A stretch of DNA of 63,861 nucleotides, the filler included, from an uncultured Methanosarcinales archaeon (GTDB taxonomy: Archaea; Nanobdellota; Nanobdellia; Woesearchaeales; CAYSVS01), in NCBI GenBank assembly GCA_964434475.1. It is 13 parts of 13 records of this genome, joined end to end, with 100 filler letters (N's around TTAATTAATTAA, not from the genome) between each part and the next. Parts side by side here need not be neighbours in the genome. Positions count along the whole stretch, not along the records: positions 22,279 to 27,282 come from CAYSVS010000076.1; positions 27,383 to 32,319 come from CAYSVS010000077.1; positions 32,420 to 37,032 come from CAYSVS010000079.1; 10 more parts are not named here. One strand, written 5' to 3'. The translations under genes were made by a program, and so were the position numbers. Positions 22,281 through 32,472 of this stretch are shown here, piece by piece (position 1 is the stretch's first letter; every line of letters starts with the position of its first letter). A model generated the notes under the pieces. The model saw nothing but the letters and a program-made list of their open reading frames with translations, was not told the origin of the DNA and ran no database searches.

Positions 22281-22568
22281 AAAATATTCAACAAAGTAAA
22301 AGACAGCAAATTCGAATTAGATGCAGGCGAACTTACAAAAGCAGACATCATCAGCGCAGCGAACGACAACAAATTCAAGCTGCCGCCAGACATCCAATTC
22401 ATAGGAGATGTAATAATCATAACAGCACAAATTGACCAATCTTTCATATATGAATCAGTAAAAGAAGCTTACTACAATAACCGCAGATCAGGCATAAGGA
22501 TAACCTTAGACAAGAATAATACCAAATTCCTTACTTTCGATACATACGATAATATAATATTTAGATAA
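22281..22568 (+). CDS. 3' end of a surface-protein paralogue of 42988-43899 (5' partial, not in ORF track)
   Basis: KIFNKVKDSKFELDAGELTKADIISAANDNKFKLPPDIQFIGD..; first 35 bp identical to 43106-43140 on the minus strand. Confidence 0.75.
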   Translation, partial: KIFNKVKDSKFELDAGELTKADIISAANDNKFKLPPDIQFIGDVIIITAQIDQSFIYESVKEAYYNNRRSGIRITLDKNNTKFLTFDTYDNIIFR

Positions 22569-23169
22569 GAGTTCTTTTAACTGGGTTAATCCCTTCCTTA
22601 GATTTTATAATTTGTATCAATTCATACAAATCATTTATTTTTTTATCGATGTGAGTATATTTATAACCAAACTGTTCTATCTTATGTGCATCACTTGAAC
22701 CTATCAAAGGCTTATTTAATCTCTCCGCAGCTTCCTTTGCCATTTCTTCACTTTTCATAGAATTATAATTATCAAATGCTTCTATCGCATCAACATCCAA
22801 TTCATAAATCTTTTGACCTAAAGATGTGCCTATCTTGAAAGGATGAGCAGCAATAACTATTCCATTATTCTCATGAGTCTCTTCAATCAATCTATGAGCA
22901 TCATAACCATACTCAAATTTTTTATCATATCCAAAAACAATCAAATCTCCTAAATTAGTTCTTACTTCGTTCCCAGAAAAAACCAGTACTTTTGTCTTGT
23001 TTTGAAGATTATCGACCTCTTCTTTTGACCAATGATGATTATGTTCTGTGATTGCAATTGCATCTAAGTCCATTTCTTCTGCTTTTGTTACTAATTCTAC
23101 CGGATCGATTATCGAATCTCTTGAATATTTTTTGGTATGTATGTGAAAGTCTATATTCAACCAAAACAC
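22561..23169 (-). CDS. PHP-domain metal-dependent phosphoesterase
   Basis: IDFHIHT, AITEHN, GNEV, AAHP, GSSDAH. Confidence 0.9.
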   Translation of the reverse strand: MFWLNIDFHIHTKKYSRDSIIDPVELVTKAEEMDLDAIAITEHNHHWSKEEVDNLQNKTKVLVFSGNEVRTNLGDLIVFGYDKKFEYGYDAHRLIEETHENNGIVIAAHPFKIGTSLGQKIYELDVDAIEAFDNYNSMKSEEMAKEAAERLNKPLIGSSDAHKIEQFGYKYTHIDKKINDLYELIQIIKSKEGINPVKRTLI

Positions 23170-23170
23170 C

Positions 23171-23860
23171 TTAAGGATATTGAAAAATATTTCTAAGTTC
23201 TATTATATCCATCTCTCCTGTTAAGAAACTTACTGCTCTAGATTCAACCTTTTCAAGATAATCTTCAACATTTTTTTCAGGCATATGATTGATCATATCA
23301 TCCAAAAAAGAATATACTGCTGAAGAGTCTTGTCCTACAATAACATTTGCTGCATTAGTTATCACACCTACCTTTAAAGCTCGTTTTTTATCATACCCTA
23401 ATAAATCAATAAATCTTTCTTTCAATTCATGGGGATTATCTGAATGCTTAAGGAACATATCATATTGAGAGTCAAGATATTCAATCCTTTTTAATATAAC
23501 CTTCTCTATGGCATAGTAAGAATCTGACATTTCAAACTCCTTTTTGCACAAACCTATTTCACCATCATCTGCAAGTAATACACCTTCATGCCATCTTTCA
23601 AAAAAACAATCATACTTTTTTTCTTTTACAGAATGTCTAAGGGTTCTCTCCAATCCTTCTTTAACAACATTCAAATATTCATCAATATTTTTTTTGTTTT
23701 TTATAAGAAAAATATAGTTTATATATTCTTTTTGTATCTTATTTTTTATGTTTTCAAAAGCTTCATTAGCTTCAGCATTGAGTTCAAGATTAATAGATAG
23801 TATTGAATCTAAAGTATTTTTTGCTTTTGAAATATTTTGTATAGTATCTGATATCTCCAT
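23171..23860 (-). CDS. Hypothetical protein
   Basis: 229-aa ORF coupled to the PHP gene. Confidence 0.6.
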   Translation of the reverse strand: MEISDTIQNISKAKNTLDSILSINLELNAEANEAFENIKNKIQKEYINYIFLIKNKKNIDEYLNVVKEGLERTLRHSVKEKKYDCFFERWHEGVLLADDGEIGLCKKEFEMSDSYYAIEKVILKRIEYLDSQYDMFLKHSDNPHELKERFIDLLGYDKKRALKVGVITNAANVIVGQDSSAVYSFLDDMINHMPEKNVEDYLEKVESRAVSFLTGEMDIIELRNIFQYP

Positions 23861-24156
23861 AATAGTATATTAAATAAAGATTATTTATAAAATTAAGTGC
23901 TATATTAATTTATATTTATAACTTTTATCAATCTAGTAAAGTAGAATATGGGGATTGAAAATAAAATTAAAGAAGCAGATAAAGCTTTTGCGAGAAGCAT
24001 AATGAAACTATAAAAGTCTCGCATAGTAAGTTCACAAAAGATTATCGTAGACCTGCAAAAACCTTAGGATACGTTGTCGGCTTAGACATAGTAACCACTT
24101 GCATACTTGCTTATTCCCATGAGATACAGGGAGAACAAGTTGAATACTTACGAAAC

Positions 24157-24393
24157 ATGATGAAAGAGTATGGTGTTTTGAACGGACAAATCATCAAATA
24201 CGGAGTTATAATGCCTGGTATTCTCGGAGGCGGACTTGGTCTGAATATAATCGGAAAAGGCATAGGCTATGCGATGCACAAGATTGCACCAAAAACATTT
24301 AATAAAGACTTTAGCTTGAATTTTGGAAATGGAGGATTATACTTGATCAGCGCAACCATTGACTTACTCAATATCTATAACATAATAAAATAA
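24157..24393 (+). CDS. Small membrane protein, probably the 3' part of a degraded gene starting near 23948
   Basis: Frame is open upstream of the ATG; a short stopped ORF lies at 23948. Confidence 0.35.
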   Translation: MMKEYGVLNGQIIKYGVIMPGILGGGLGLNIIGKGIGYAMHKIAPKTFNKDFSLNFGNGGLYLISATIDLLNIYNIIK

Positions 24394-24476
24394 TCATTAT
24401 CAACCTTTCCTTATTCACTGTTTAAGAATTTAATAAAAAACATGACAAGTTTCAACAATCAAGATTATCTTTGAGA

Positions 24477-26234
24477 TCAAACATAATAATAACTATTAGC
24501 ATTCTTCTGCTCTCTGTCCTTTACACTTCCTGGCTTGTTAGCTCTTGCCATATTACTTTCTGGATCCCTTCTAAAAGTCAGTTCCAGATCACGTAAAAAC
24601 ATACTCATACCATCTTTCATATCAAACGGTCCTTTTGCTACACCAAAACTTGCAGGTTCACCTTCAAAAACCATAAGATGATCGCTCAAGAAATCAATAA
24701 ACAACAAGTCATGATCAACTATCAATGAAGACGTACCTTTATGATCCATAAAATCCTTTATAACTTTAGACACAGCCAATCTTTGCTCTACATCCAAATA
24801 AGCAGATGGCTCATCCATCAAATACAATTTAGCACTTTTCTGCAAGCAATCTGCAATTGCAATCCTTTGTAATTGCCCTCCAGATAATTCACATATCTTC
24901 TTTGTAAACAATGGTTTGATGTTTAACGGCCTTATTATCTGCGCATCATACTTTTGTATCGCATCCTTAAGAACATTCATCACCAATTCTTCAGATTCTG
25001 TGTTTATGTATTGAGGCTTATAGCTGACAGTTGTTTCATCACTAACTTCACCATTGTCAGGTTTATCCACTCCTGCTAATATCTTGACAAAACTTGTCTT
25101 ACCGATACCATTCTCACCTAATATTCCTATTACACTTTTCCTGTTTATTTTCCCTTCTTCTGCCTTAAGCTGAAATTTACCAAGCTTCTTACCTACTTCT
25201 TTCCAAGAAGTCAACAAATCATCTGAAGATGTCTTTTTCTCTCCTGAAGATTCAAACTTGATCGCCTTATCCCTAAATCTCATATTTTCTTCTTTCAAGA
25301 ATCCAGACAAATAAACATTCATTCCCACTCTTGTTGACTTAGGCATAGAAACAATACCGTAACAATCCTCTTTACCATACATTATATGCACCAGATCAGT
25401 CATATAATCCAATATTATCAGATCGTGTTCAATTACTAATATAGATGTATCTTCGTCAGCAAGATCTTTAATAAATTTGCTTACTTTAATCCTTTGCTTT
25501 ACATCTAAATAAGAAGTAGGCTCGTCAAATATATACAGATTAGCTTTTTTCAAAACAGTTGCAGCAATCGCAACCCTTTGCAGCTCACCACCACTTATTT
25601 TAGTTATATCATTATCCAATACATTTGTTAATGATAATTTCTCAGCAATCTCCAGCATATTGCCTTTTTCATCCACTTTATCTAATAATTGCCTGACGTT
25701 TCCACTTGCGTTTTTAGGTATTAAATCCACAGCCTGCGGCTTATATGCAACCTTAATTTCACCTTTCTTAATCTTTTCAAAAAATATCTGAGCTTCTGTG
25801 CCTTTGAAAAATTGTATAAGATCATCATAGCTTGCTTCTTGACCCAGCTTTCCAAAATTAGGCTTTAATACACCAGCCAAAACTTTTATCGCTGTTGATT
25901 TTCCTATCCCATTCTTACCTACAACACCAACAACCTTGCCAAAAATAGGTGTTGGCAAACTATACAAAGCAAAACTATTTTCACCATATCTATGGATAGG
26001 GTCCTGATTCAAAGCTTCGGGTAAATTAATAATGCTAATACACTCTACAGGACATTTGTTTGCACAGATATTACAACCTATACAAAGCTCTTCATTAATT
26101 ACTGGCTTGTTATCTTCACCTATAGTAATACATTCTTTTCCTGTCCTGTTTACAGGGCATGAATTACCGCAGATAAAATTACATCCATTTCCATTTACAC
26201 ATTTTTCCTTATCAATTACTGCAATCCTTGTCAT
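24477..26234 (-). CDS. rli: ABCE1/RLI ribosome recycling ATPase
   Basis: N-terminal Fe-S Cys motifs, two ABC NBDs (GKNGIGKS, ISGGELQR, DEP; GENGIGKT), RANKPGSVKDREQK. Confidence 0.97.
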   Translation of the reverse strand: MTRIAVIDKEKCVNGNGCNFICGNSCPVNRTGKECITIGEDNKPVINEELCIGCNICANKCPVECISIINLPEALNQDPIHRYGENSFALYSLPTPIFGKVVGVVGKNGIGKSTAIKVLAGVLKPNFGKLGQEASYDDLIQFFKGTEAQIFFEKIKKGEIKVAYKPQAVDLIPKNASGNVRQLLDKVDEKGNMLEIAEKLSLTNVLDNDITKISGGELQRVAIAATVLKKANLYIFDEPTSYLDVKQRIKVSKFIKDLADEDTSILVIEHDLIILDYMTDLVHIMYGKEDCYGIVSMPKSTRVGMNVYLSGFLKEENMRFRDKAIKFESSGEKKTSSDDLLTSWKEVGKKLGKFQLKAEEGKINRKSVIGILGENGIGKTSFVKILAGVDKPDNGEVSDETTVSYKPQYINTESEELVMNVLKDAIQKYDAQIIRPLNIKPLFTKKICELSGGQLQRIAIADCLQKSAKLYLMDEPSAYLDVEQRLAVSKVIKDFMDHKGTSSLIVDHDLLFIDFLSDHLMVFEGEPASFGVAKGPFDMKDGMSMFLRDLELTFRRDPESNMARANKPGSVKDREQKNANSYYYV

Positions 26235-26271
26235 AAGAAGTAAAATTTAAAGAGTATTTAAAAAGGTTTTG

Positions 26272-27231
26272 TTAATCTACAAAATCTTCAAGAATTTGTC
26301 TTGTATGTCTGAGTCTTCTTAGCTTTTCCAAAGCCAACTTTTCTATCTGTCTTATCCTTTCTCTTGTAACTCCCAACTTTTCACCTACCTTTTCCAAAGT
26401 TAAGGCATCATTACCATCTAAACCAAACCTATACTCAAGAACTTTTATCTGTCTGGTCGTAAGATTCTTAAACGCTTTATCTAATGTTTTTTTCAAAAAA
26501 TAATTTTCAGAGATTCTATCTGGATCAAAATGGGTTTTATCCTTACATTCAACCAATTCGTGCAGTTCCACATTATTTCCCGCTTGCTGATTTAAACTAG
26601 GTATTAAGTCATAATCCATAACATTCTTCAATAAGTTTACTTTATCAACAGACATTTTAGACTTCTCTGCAAGCTGCTTATTTGTTGGTTTTTCTATGCC
26701 GAATTCTCTTAATTGATGAGAAACCTTATTCAATGTCTTTATCTGTTCATTAATATGATTAGGCACCCTTATGTTTCCTTCATTTAAAGAAATATTTCTC
26801 ATTATAGACTGTCTAATCCAATATACTGCGTATGTTGACAATTTATAACCTAATCCTGGATCAAACTTATCAACAGCTTTCATCAACCCTATATTTCCAT
26901 AACCAAACAAGTCTTCTATCATTATACCTTTTTCTTCTGCTCTAACAAAATATTTTTTTGCAACACTTACAACAAGCCTAAGGTTTGCTGAAACAATCTT
27001 ATCCCTTATGCTTTTATCTTTTGTCCTTTTATACTCTGTACACAAATAAAGCTCTTCCTCTTTATTCATAGGAACACATTTTTCCAAACTTTTGAAATAG
27101 AGATTTGTTGCATTTAATGATCCTTTGCACCTATTTTTGTCAACTATATTTCTCTCAGGATTATCCTTAGATTTATAACAATAATTCATTTTAATCTTAT
27201 CTACAAGATCAGGATTTATTGTTTTGGCTAT
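26272..27231 (-). CDS. Sigma-70 family factor (RpoD/RpoS-like regions 1.2, 2, 3, 4); frame is open up to the IS end
   Basis: ANLRLVVSVAKKY, GNIGLMKAVDKFDP..YKLSTYAVYWIRQSI, IRVP, RFGL..TLEKVG..VTRERIRQIE; 14 more in-frame codons upstream of ATG 27189. Confidence 0.93.
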   Translation of the reverse strand: MAKTINPDLVDKIKMNYCYKSKDNPERNIVDKNRCKGSLNATNLYFKSLEKCVPMNKEEELYLCTEYKRTKDKSIRDKIVSANLRLVVSVAKKYFVRAEEKGIMIEDLFGYGNIGLMKAVDKFDPGLGYKLSTYAVYWIRQSIMRNISLNEGNIRVPNHINEQIKTLNKVSHQLREFGIEKPTNKQLAEKSKMSVDKVNLLKNVMDYDLIPSLNQQAGNNVELHELVECKDKTHFDPDRISENYFLKKTLDKAFKNLTTRQIKVLEYRFGLDGNDALTLEKVGEKLGVTRERIRQIEKLALEKLRRLRHTRQILEDFVD

Positions 27232-27232
27232 A

Positions 27233-27282
27233 GAGAACTTTGCATAATTGCTGTTTAGCTTAGCTTTTTAGATTAATTGCAC
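27233..27282 (+). mobile_element. IS5-like end (GAGAACTTTGCATAATT), partner of the 1-53 stub
   Basis: 15/17 match to GGGAACTTTGCAAAATT, then divergent. Confidence 0.65.
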
Positions 27283-27443
27283 NNNNNNNNNNNNNNNNNN
27301 NNNNNNNNNNNNNNNNNNNNNNNNNNTTAATTAATTAANNNNNNNNNNNNNNNNNNNNNNNNNNNNNNNNNNNNNNNNNNNNTTTGAAAAAGATTTTATT
27401 GAAACATGTCGTACATGTCGTTAAAATTACTATCCTTAAGGTG

Positions 27444-28427
27444 ATGAATATTAAAAGGAAAATTTTAAATGGTTCAATTATTGCAAACATTTTATTATCT
27501 AGCCTATATGGAATGAATAATAAGGAATATTTGATTGATCGTAGTTTTATTGAAAAAAACCAACAAGTTTTATTAAAAAATATGAAAAAAACTGAAACGA
27601 TAGAAGTAGTGTCATACAATCCACAGTGGCCTCAAATTTTTCAGAAAGAACAGGAGCCTATTAGACAAGCTTTAGGCGATAATTGCTTAGCTATTCATCA
27701 TTTTGGGTCGACTTCTATTCCCGGATGTTTTGCCAAGCCTAAAGTTGATATTCTTGTTGTTGTGCATAGTTTGTCAGCTATTAATTCTTCTGCTTTGGAG
27801 AAGATTGGATTTGAAGCGAGATGTGAAGTCATTCCTACCGGAAGATATTTTTCTAAAGAATTTCCTAGGGTACATGTTCATGTTTTTGAAGAAGGGAATC
27901 CTCTTATTGAAAAGAATTTAAAATTTAGAGATTGGTTGCGAGCACATAGAGAAGATAGAGATGAATATTCAGCCCTTAAAAAGAAATTAGCGGCGTTGCA
28001 TAATGATGGAATGAGTTATTGTTATGCTAAATCCGAGTTTGTAAACAAGGTCGTTGAAAAAATGGAAAAACGATTGAATCATGAATTACCCAAAGCAATA
28101 TCAAAGTGGGGATGGAAATTTCATCATCTAGGAATTCCTTATGATGAGCCTTGTGAAGGTGAAACTCATCATGAGCATTTGAAGGTTTATGTTATGGGGT
28201 TTGAAACTAGTCCTTATGGAGTTGAATGGATGAGATTTGAGCCTGATTGTCCTGTTCCTGATATTTTAAGAAAGGTACCACACATTGCATTTGTAGTTGA
28301 TGACTTGGATGAGGCTCTTAATGGTAAAGAGATTGTTCTACCCCCCGGCGAGCCATCTAACGGCATAAGGACTGCAATGATTATTGATGATGGTGCTCTT
28401 ATAGAGCTCATGGAGTTCAAAAAATAA
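27444..28427 (+). CDS. GrpB/UPF0157 nucleotidyltransferase-like domain fused to a VOC/glyoxalase-like domain
   Basis: YNPQWP, HFGSTSIPG..AKPKVDI, FRDWLR; C-terminal FHHLGIP..HIAFVVDDLD..IELME. Confidence 0.8.
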   Translation: MNIKRKILNGSIIANILLSSLYGMNNKEYLIDRSFIEKNQQVLLKNMKKTETIEVVSYNPQWPQIFQKEQEPIRQALGDNCLAIHHFGSTSIPGCFAKPKVDILVVVHSLSAINSSALEKIGFEARCEVIPTGRYFSKEFPRVHVHVFEEGNPLIEKNLKFRDWLRAHREDRDEYSALKKKLAALHNDGMSYCYAKSEFVNKVVEKMEKRLNHELPKAISKWGWKFHHLGIPYDEPCEGETHHEHLKVYVMGFETSPYGVEWMRFEPDCPVPDILRKVPHIAFVVDDLDEALNGKEIVLPPGEPSNGIRTAMIIDDGALIELMEFKK

Positions 28428-28442
28428 CAGGAAGATAAAGTT

Positions 28443-28931
28443 ATGAATATAATTATTCAAAAAGCAACCGAAGAAGATTTTCCTGCAATTTGGGAGATTT
28501 TTCAATTAATCGTTAAGCCGGGGGATACTGTTTCTTTTTCTCCTGAAACATCTTATGAGGAAGCAAAAGAAATTTGGATGGGTGATGGTCATTATGTTTA
28601 TAAGGCGATGTTGGATGATGTGGTTGTTGGTACCTATAATTTTAAACCGAATTTTTCAGGGCTTGGCTCTCATGTTGCAAATGGAAGCTATATGGTTCAT
28701 CCCGATTATCAGGGTAAGAAGATAGGATATCAGATGGTGATTCATTCCATGGAAGAAGCTAAATGTTTAGGATTTAAAGCTATGCAATATAATCTTGTGG
28801 TATCGACAAATATTCCGGCTATTAAATTATATCAAAAAACTGGCTTTAAGATAGTTGGAACGATACCTAAAGCATTTAATCACCTAAAACTTGGTTATGT
28901 AGATGGCTATATAATGTATCGATTTTTATAA
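28443..28931 (+). CDS. GNAT acetyltransferase
   Basis: HVANGSYMVHPDYQGKKIG, VVSTNIPAIKLYQKTGF. Confidence 0.9.
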   Translation: MNIIIQKATEEDFPAIWEIFQLIVKPGDTVSFSPETSYEEAKEIWMGDGHYVYKAMLDDVVVGTYNFKPNFSGLGSHVANGSYMVHPDYQGKKIGYQMVIHSMEEAKCLGFKAMQYNLVVSTNIPAIKLYQKTGFKIVGTIPKAFNHLKLGYVDGYIMYRFL

Positions 28932-29034
28932 AATTTTATGGCCGCCGGTGCGTCGGTCTAAAGCCTGGGGAGCTGCCGGGGTTGCTCGGAGCCACGAACC
29001 AGGAATCCTTCGCCTTTAGGCGAGGGAGGTTCAA
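28930..29034 (+). ncRNA. IS200/IS605 right end with TnpB omega-RNA (reRNA) scaffold remnant; no tnpB gene
   Basis: tnpB-like tail NFMAAGASV*, AAGCCTGGGGAG, GAACCAGGAA, hairpin TCCTTCGCC-TTTA-GGCGAGGGA, terminal TTCAA. Confidence 0.8.
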
Positions 29035-29225
29035 GTTGTTTGCTGTAGTGGTTATTGGGTTGGTTGTTATTGCATTACAAATCTTAGCTAATATAAGATT
29101 ATTGCCGGCCTTTTTTGAAACTTAAAAAATGGTTATGTATGAAAAAATTATCAATCTTTTTCTTGAATTTTTTTTTCATAATAACCTTTAGTTGCTGCAT
29201 TTTTGCCGATGTATAAACAAATTCA

Positions 29226-30428
29226 TTGAGTTTGCCTAATATCCATAAAATAGAAGAAAATAATTCCTCAATTAATGAGGATCAAAACACCATGCAAATT
29301 GATGAAACATTAGCCAGAGTAGGTTATTGGATGTACTATCCTGCGAGGATAGCAGGACATTCTATTGAAAGAGCTACAAGGCCATTTAAATACGGCGAGT
29401 ATGGATATGAAGATACTTTTGAGGCTGAAGTCTTAAAAAGGATTACTTCTTGTTTTGTAGCAATTATTGCTACCCCGGCTACTATCATTTCCTTTCCATT
29501 TGCAAGTTTCTGTCTAACAACTGCTCATTTGCTTCATTCAAACCGAATACAATTTGAAGAAGGAGAAAATGCTCCTAGCTGTAATGGTGATTTTTCCATT
29601 CTCTTTTTAAATGTTTGTTTGCAAGGAGGTCCTTTTTCTGCTCTTACAGGAGGGGTAAGTTCCCTTCATGAAGATTTTGATGAAACATATTCATCAAGGG
29701 TAAGTGCTCTGGTTGATTTTGTTGCAAGTATAGAAGAAGGCCCTGATATTTTATGCTTTTCAGAAGTGCATGATCTGGCTGCAACAGATGAGTTAAAATT
29801 GAAGCTTAAAGAAAAAGGATATTCCTATTTCATTACCGATATTCCTACTCATCCTATTTGTAATAATTCTGGGCTCTTTGTTGCTGCGAAAATGAAAATT
29901 AGTACCCCTCGCTTTGAGCCCTATCCATTAAAAGATCGTTCGAATGTTCACCTAGGAGCTCAACAAGGATGCATTCTCTTTGAAGTAGAAGATACTTTTA
30001 CTGATAAAGTCATCACATTAGCCACAACGCATTTGAATTTTGGAGGAAGAGAAATCGATCACGAATCAAGAACAAGACAACTTAGAGATCATATTTTTGT
30101 AAATCTGCCGCAAGAGAGTGTTTCTTTGCTTGGAGGAGATCTGAATTATAAATATATGCATCGTCTAGATGAGTTGCAAATGCTAACACCAGAAAGAGCA
30201 GTTGTATCTTTACTGGATGAAGAAATTGTCACTACTACAAGGGAATCTTTTGAAACAGGATCGCATATAAGAGGACAAAAGAAATCAAAAGAGGTGATAG
30301 ATGCGGCATTACTTATTAACAATGATGATCAATATGAGTGGAAAGCAGATGTTATTCAGCCTTCCTTAAAGGGGAAGTTTGTTACTGATCATTATGGCAT
30401 ATTGGTTACTGTTAAAAGTAAGCAGTAA
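29226..30428 (+). CDS. EEP-family phosphodiesterase (sphingomyelinase-like) with N-terminal TM segment
   Basis: FLNV, PDILCFSEV, NSGL, TTHL, GGDLN, ID, TDHYGI. Confidence 0.8.
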   Translation: MSLPNIHKIEENNSSINEDQNTMQIDETLARVGYWMYYPARIAGHSIERATRPFKYGEYGYEDTFEAEVLKRITSCFVAIIATPATIISFPFASFCLTTAHLLHSNRIQFEEGENAPSCNGDFSILFLNVCLQGGPFSALTGGVSSLHEDFDETYSSRVSALVDFVASIEEGPDILCFSEVHDLAATDELKLKLKEKGYSYFITDIPTHPICNNSGLFVAAKMKISTPRFEPYPLKDRSNVHLGAQQGCILFEVEDTFTDKVITLATTHLNFGGREIDHESRTRQLRDHIFVNLPQESVSLLGGDLNYKYMHRLDELQMLTPERAVVSLLDEEIVTTTRESFETGSHIRGQKKSKEVIDAALLINNDDQYEWKADVIQPSLKGKFVTDHYGILVTVKSKQ

Positions 30429-30433
30429 GATCG

Positions 30434-31079
30434 TTATCTCCTATTCATCTCTGAATAGTCTAAGTAATTATTTTTGTTTATAAGAAAATAAAAAGTATTA
30501 TTTAGTTCGTAACTTGATGAAACAAACATTTTACCTTCTGATATTTTTTCTTTGTTGTGTTCGAAAGAAAGCATAAGAGTGCTTAAAGATCCTACTGCGG
30601 GGATAAAATAGTATTTATTGTTAAACATTTCTAAATCAGGCATGAAGATATCAGGATTTTGCTCAGGAATTTCAGGCCAAGGGGGCTGAGGCTCTTTATA
30701 ATAAATTGTATAGGGCGTAGTTCCTCATTTAGAACTTGCATAGTAAACACTCCAAAATTCAGTGGTACTATCAATTCCATATGTGCTAGTAGAAAATGTC
30801 TGTCCATTGAGATTTTTTGATCCTTGAATGTTATTTTGAAAGCGTTTTGCTGTATATAATTTCAATGTTCCACCTCCTATACTACTAAGAGAAGAAGCAG
30901 AATCCATATTCAGACGTCCTGGACCAATACTTAAAGGGTGGGGGAATCTATTATCTACAATTAGCGCTACAAGTCCCTTTTGGAGATTTCTTACCCTAGA
31001 AAAACGCAAATTTATATCTGTTCCAGCAAATAATAATAATTCTGATAGGCCAGTTCTCTTAACGGGGGGCAGTATAAAT
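30434..31079 (-). pseudogene. Fragmented gene of unknown function
   Basis: Two collinear ORF pieces separated by a stop and a frameshift. Confidence 0.35.
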
Positions 31080-31131
31080 ACTGTTCTTGATTACGATATT
31101 TTGGTAAATTTTTGTAGACAGAGGCAGTTAA

Positions 31132-32266
31132 ATGAAGCATTTTTTGGTTGTTGTTAGATGCTTTTTTTCGGTCTATGTAATTATTACATGTATCTTTGCT
31201 ATGCTTGCCATTCCTCTTTTTTGTTCTGATCTGGAATCCAAGAATAGCAAAAACGTAAATATATCACGTTACGATAAGGATAAGGAGTTTAAGAAAATGC
31301 TTCCATTAATTTTATTAGAGACTTCTGATGTCGCGGCACAACCATCCGGAGATGCTGTTCGAGCTTTGGGATTTGACCCAGTTTTTCTTTATACCAGTTC
31401 CTGGTATCAAGGAGATACGAAACAACAGATAGAGTCTTTTACTCATTATGCTCTTAAAGAAAACAATATTTCAGCAATCAAGAAGCAGCTTGTTAGAAAT
31501 GGCATACATAAGGTGTCAGGTGTTATATCTACACTGAATGAGGTCTGCTTGGAAAATGCTTATGGTGTAGCTAAAGAGTTGAGAGGTGCAATGATTGATC
31601 CTGCATTAATGGAGATTAATGATAAAGCAAAGTTGTATGAACTTATTCCGGACCACTCACCAGACTCCATTATTTTTAGTGGAAGGTCTTTGCATTTTAA
31701 AGAATTGTTGGAATTTCTCAAACAGCATAAAACTATCATCATTAAACCTGCAATGGGGTTTGCTTCTGAGGGGGTGAGGATTATTGATTCAAAGGATGAT
31801 TTATCGAAAATGAAAAAAGAGTTGGTGCAACTTGCAGAGAGTGGTAAAGATGGAAAATTTATTGCTCAAAAATTTGAGCATGGCAAACTTCTTTTGCTTG
31901 ACGGTTTTGTTAAAGACCAGCAGATAACATTTCTTGGGTTTGCTGCTGAGAACATGATAGGAAAGACTGAAACAGTTTTTGAATTCCCTGTGGATGATCA
32001 AATTCCTGAATTTCACAAAAAAAAGGCGTATGAGGCTACAACAGCAATTATTGAAAGATCTAATTTTCAAAATGGTTATTTTCATGTTCAATTTATAGCT
32101 ACTGCCGATTCTATGAATGTTATCGATCCCAATTTTGGACGTATTGGAGGAGGAGGGTTTGGTCATTTAATATCTATTGCTTATGGCATATCACCTGTTG
32201 AGCTGTATAAGCATATTATTGACTTATCTTTATTCAAAGGAAAATATTGTGTTGAACATCCCTATA
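31132..32266 (+). CDS. ATP-grasp domain protein, 3' truncated
   Basis: NDKAKL, IIKPAMGFASEGV, FIAQKF, GYFHVQF, IDPNFGRIGGG. Confidence 0.8.
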
Positions 32267-32319
32267 GGGCTTGTAGAAACCCCATTTTTTTGATGATTTC
32301 GCAGCTTAAAAATCTATTT
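32267..32319 (+). mobile_element. Probable IS end (GGGCTTGTAGAAACCCC)
   Basis: 53-nt contig-end stub that interrupts a CDS. Confidence 0.4.
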
Positions 32320-32419
32320 NNNNNNNNNNNNNNNNNNNNNNNNNNNNNNNNNNNNNNNNNNNNTTAATTAATTAANNNNNNNNNNNNNNNNNNNNNNNNN
32401 NNNNNNNNNNNNNNNNNNN

Positions 32420-32471
32420 ATATCAAGTAGATATATAGAGTTTACGTTTTTGCTAATTTTGCAAAGTTCCC
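32420..32471 (-). mobile_element. IS5-like end, identical to 2-53
   Basis: Exact repeat; interrupts a Cys-rich CDS. Confidence 0.7.
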
Positions 32472-32472
32472 T

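Noticed and set aside
27404..27422. ACATGTCGT tandem repeat at the contig start as a named IS end
   Set aside because: Single occurrence; family cannot be supported.
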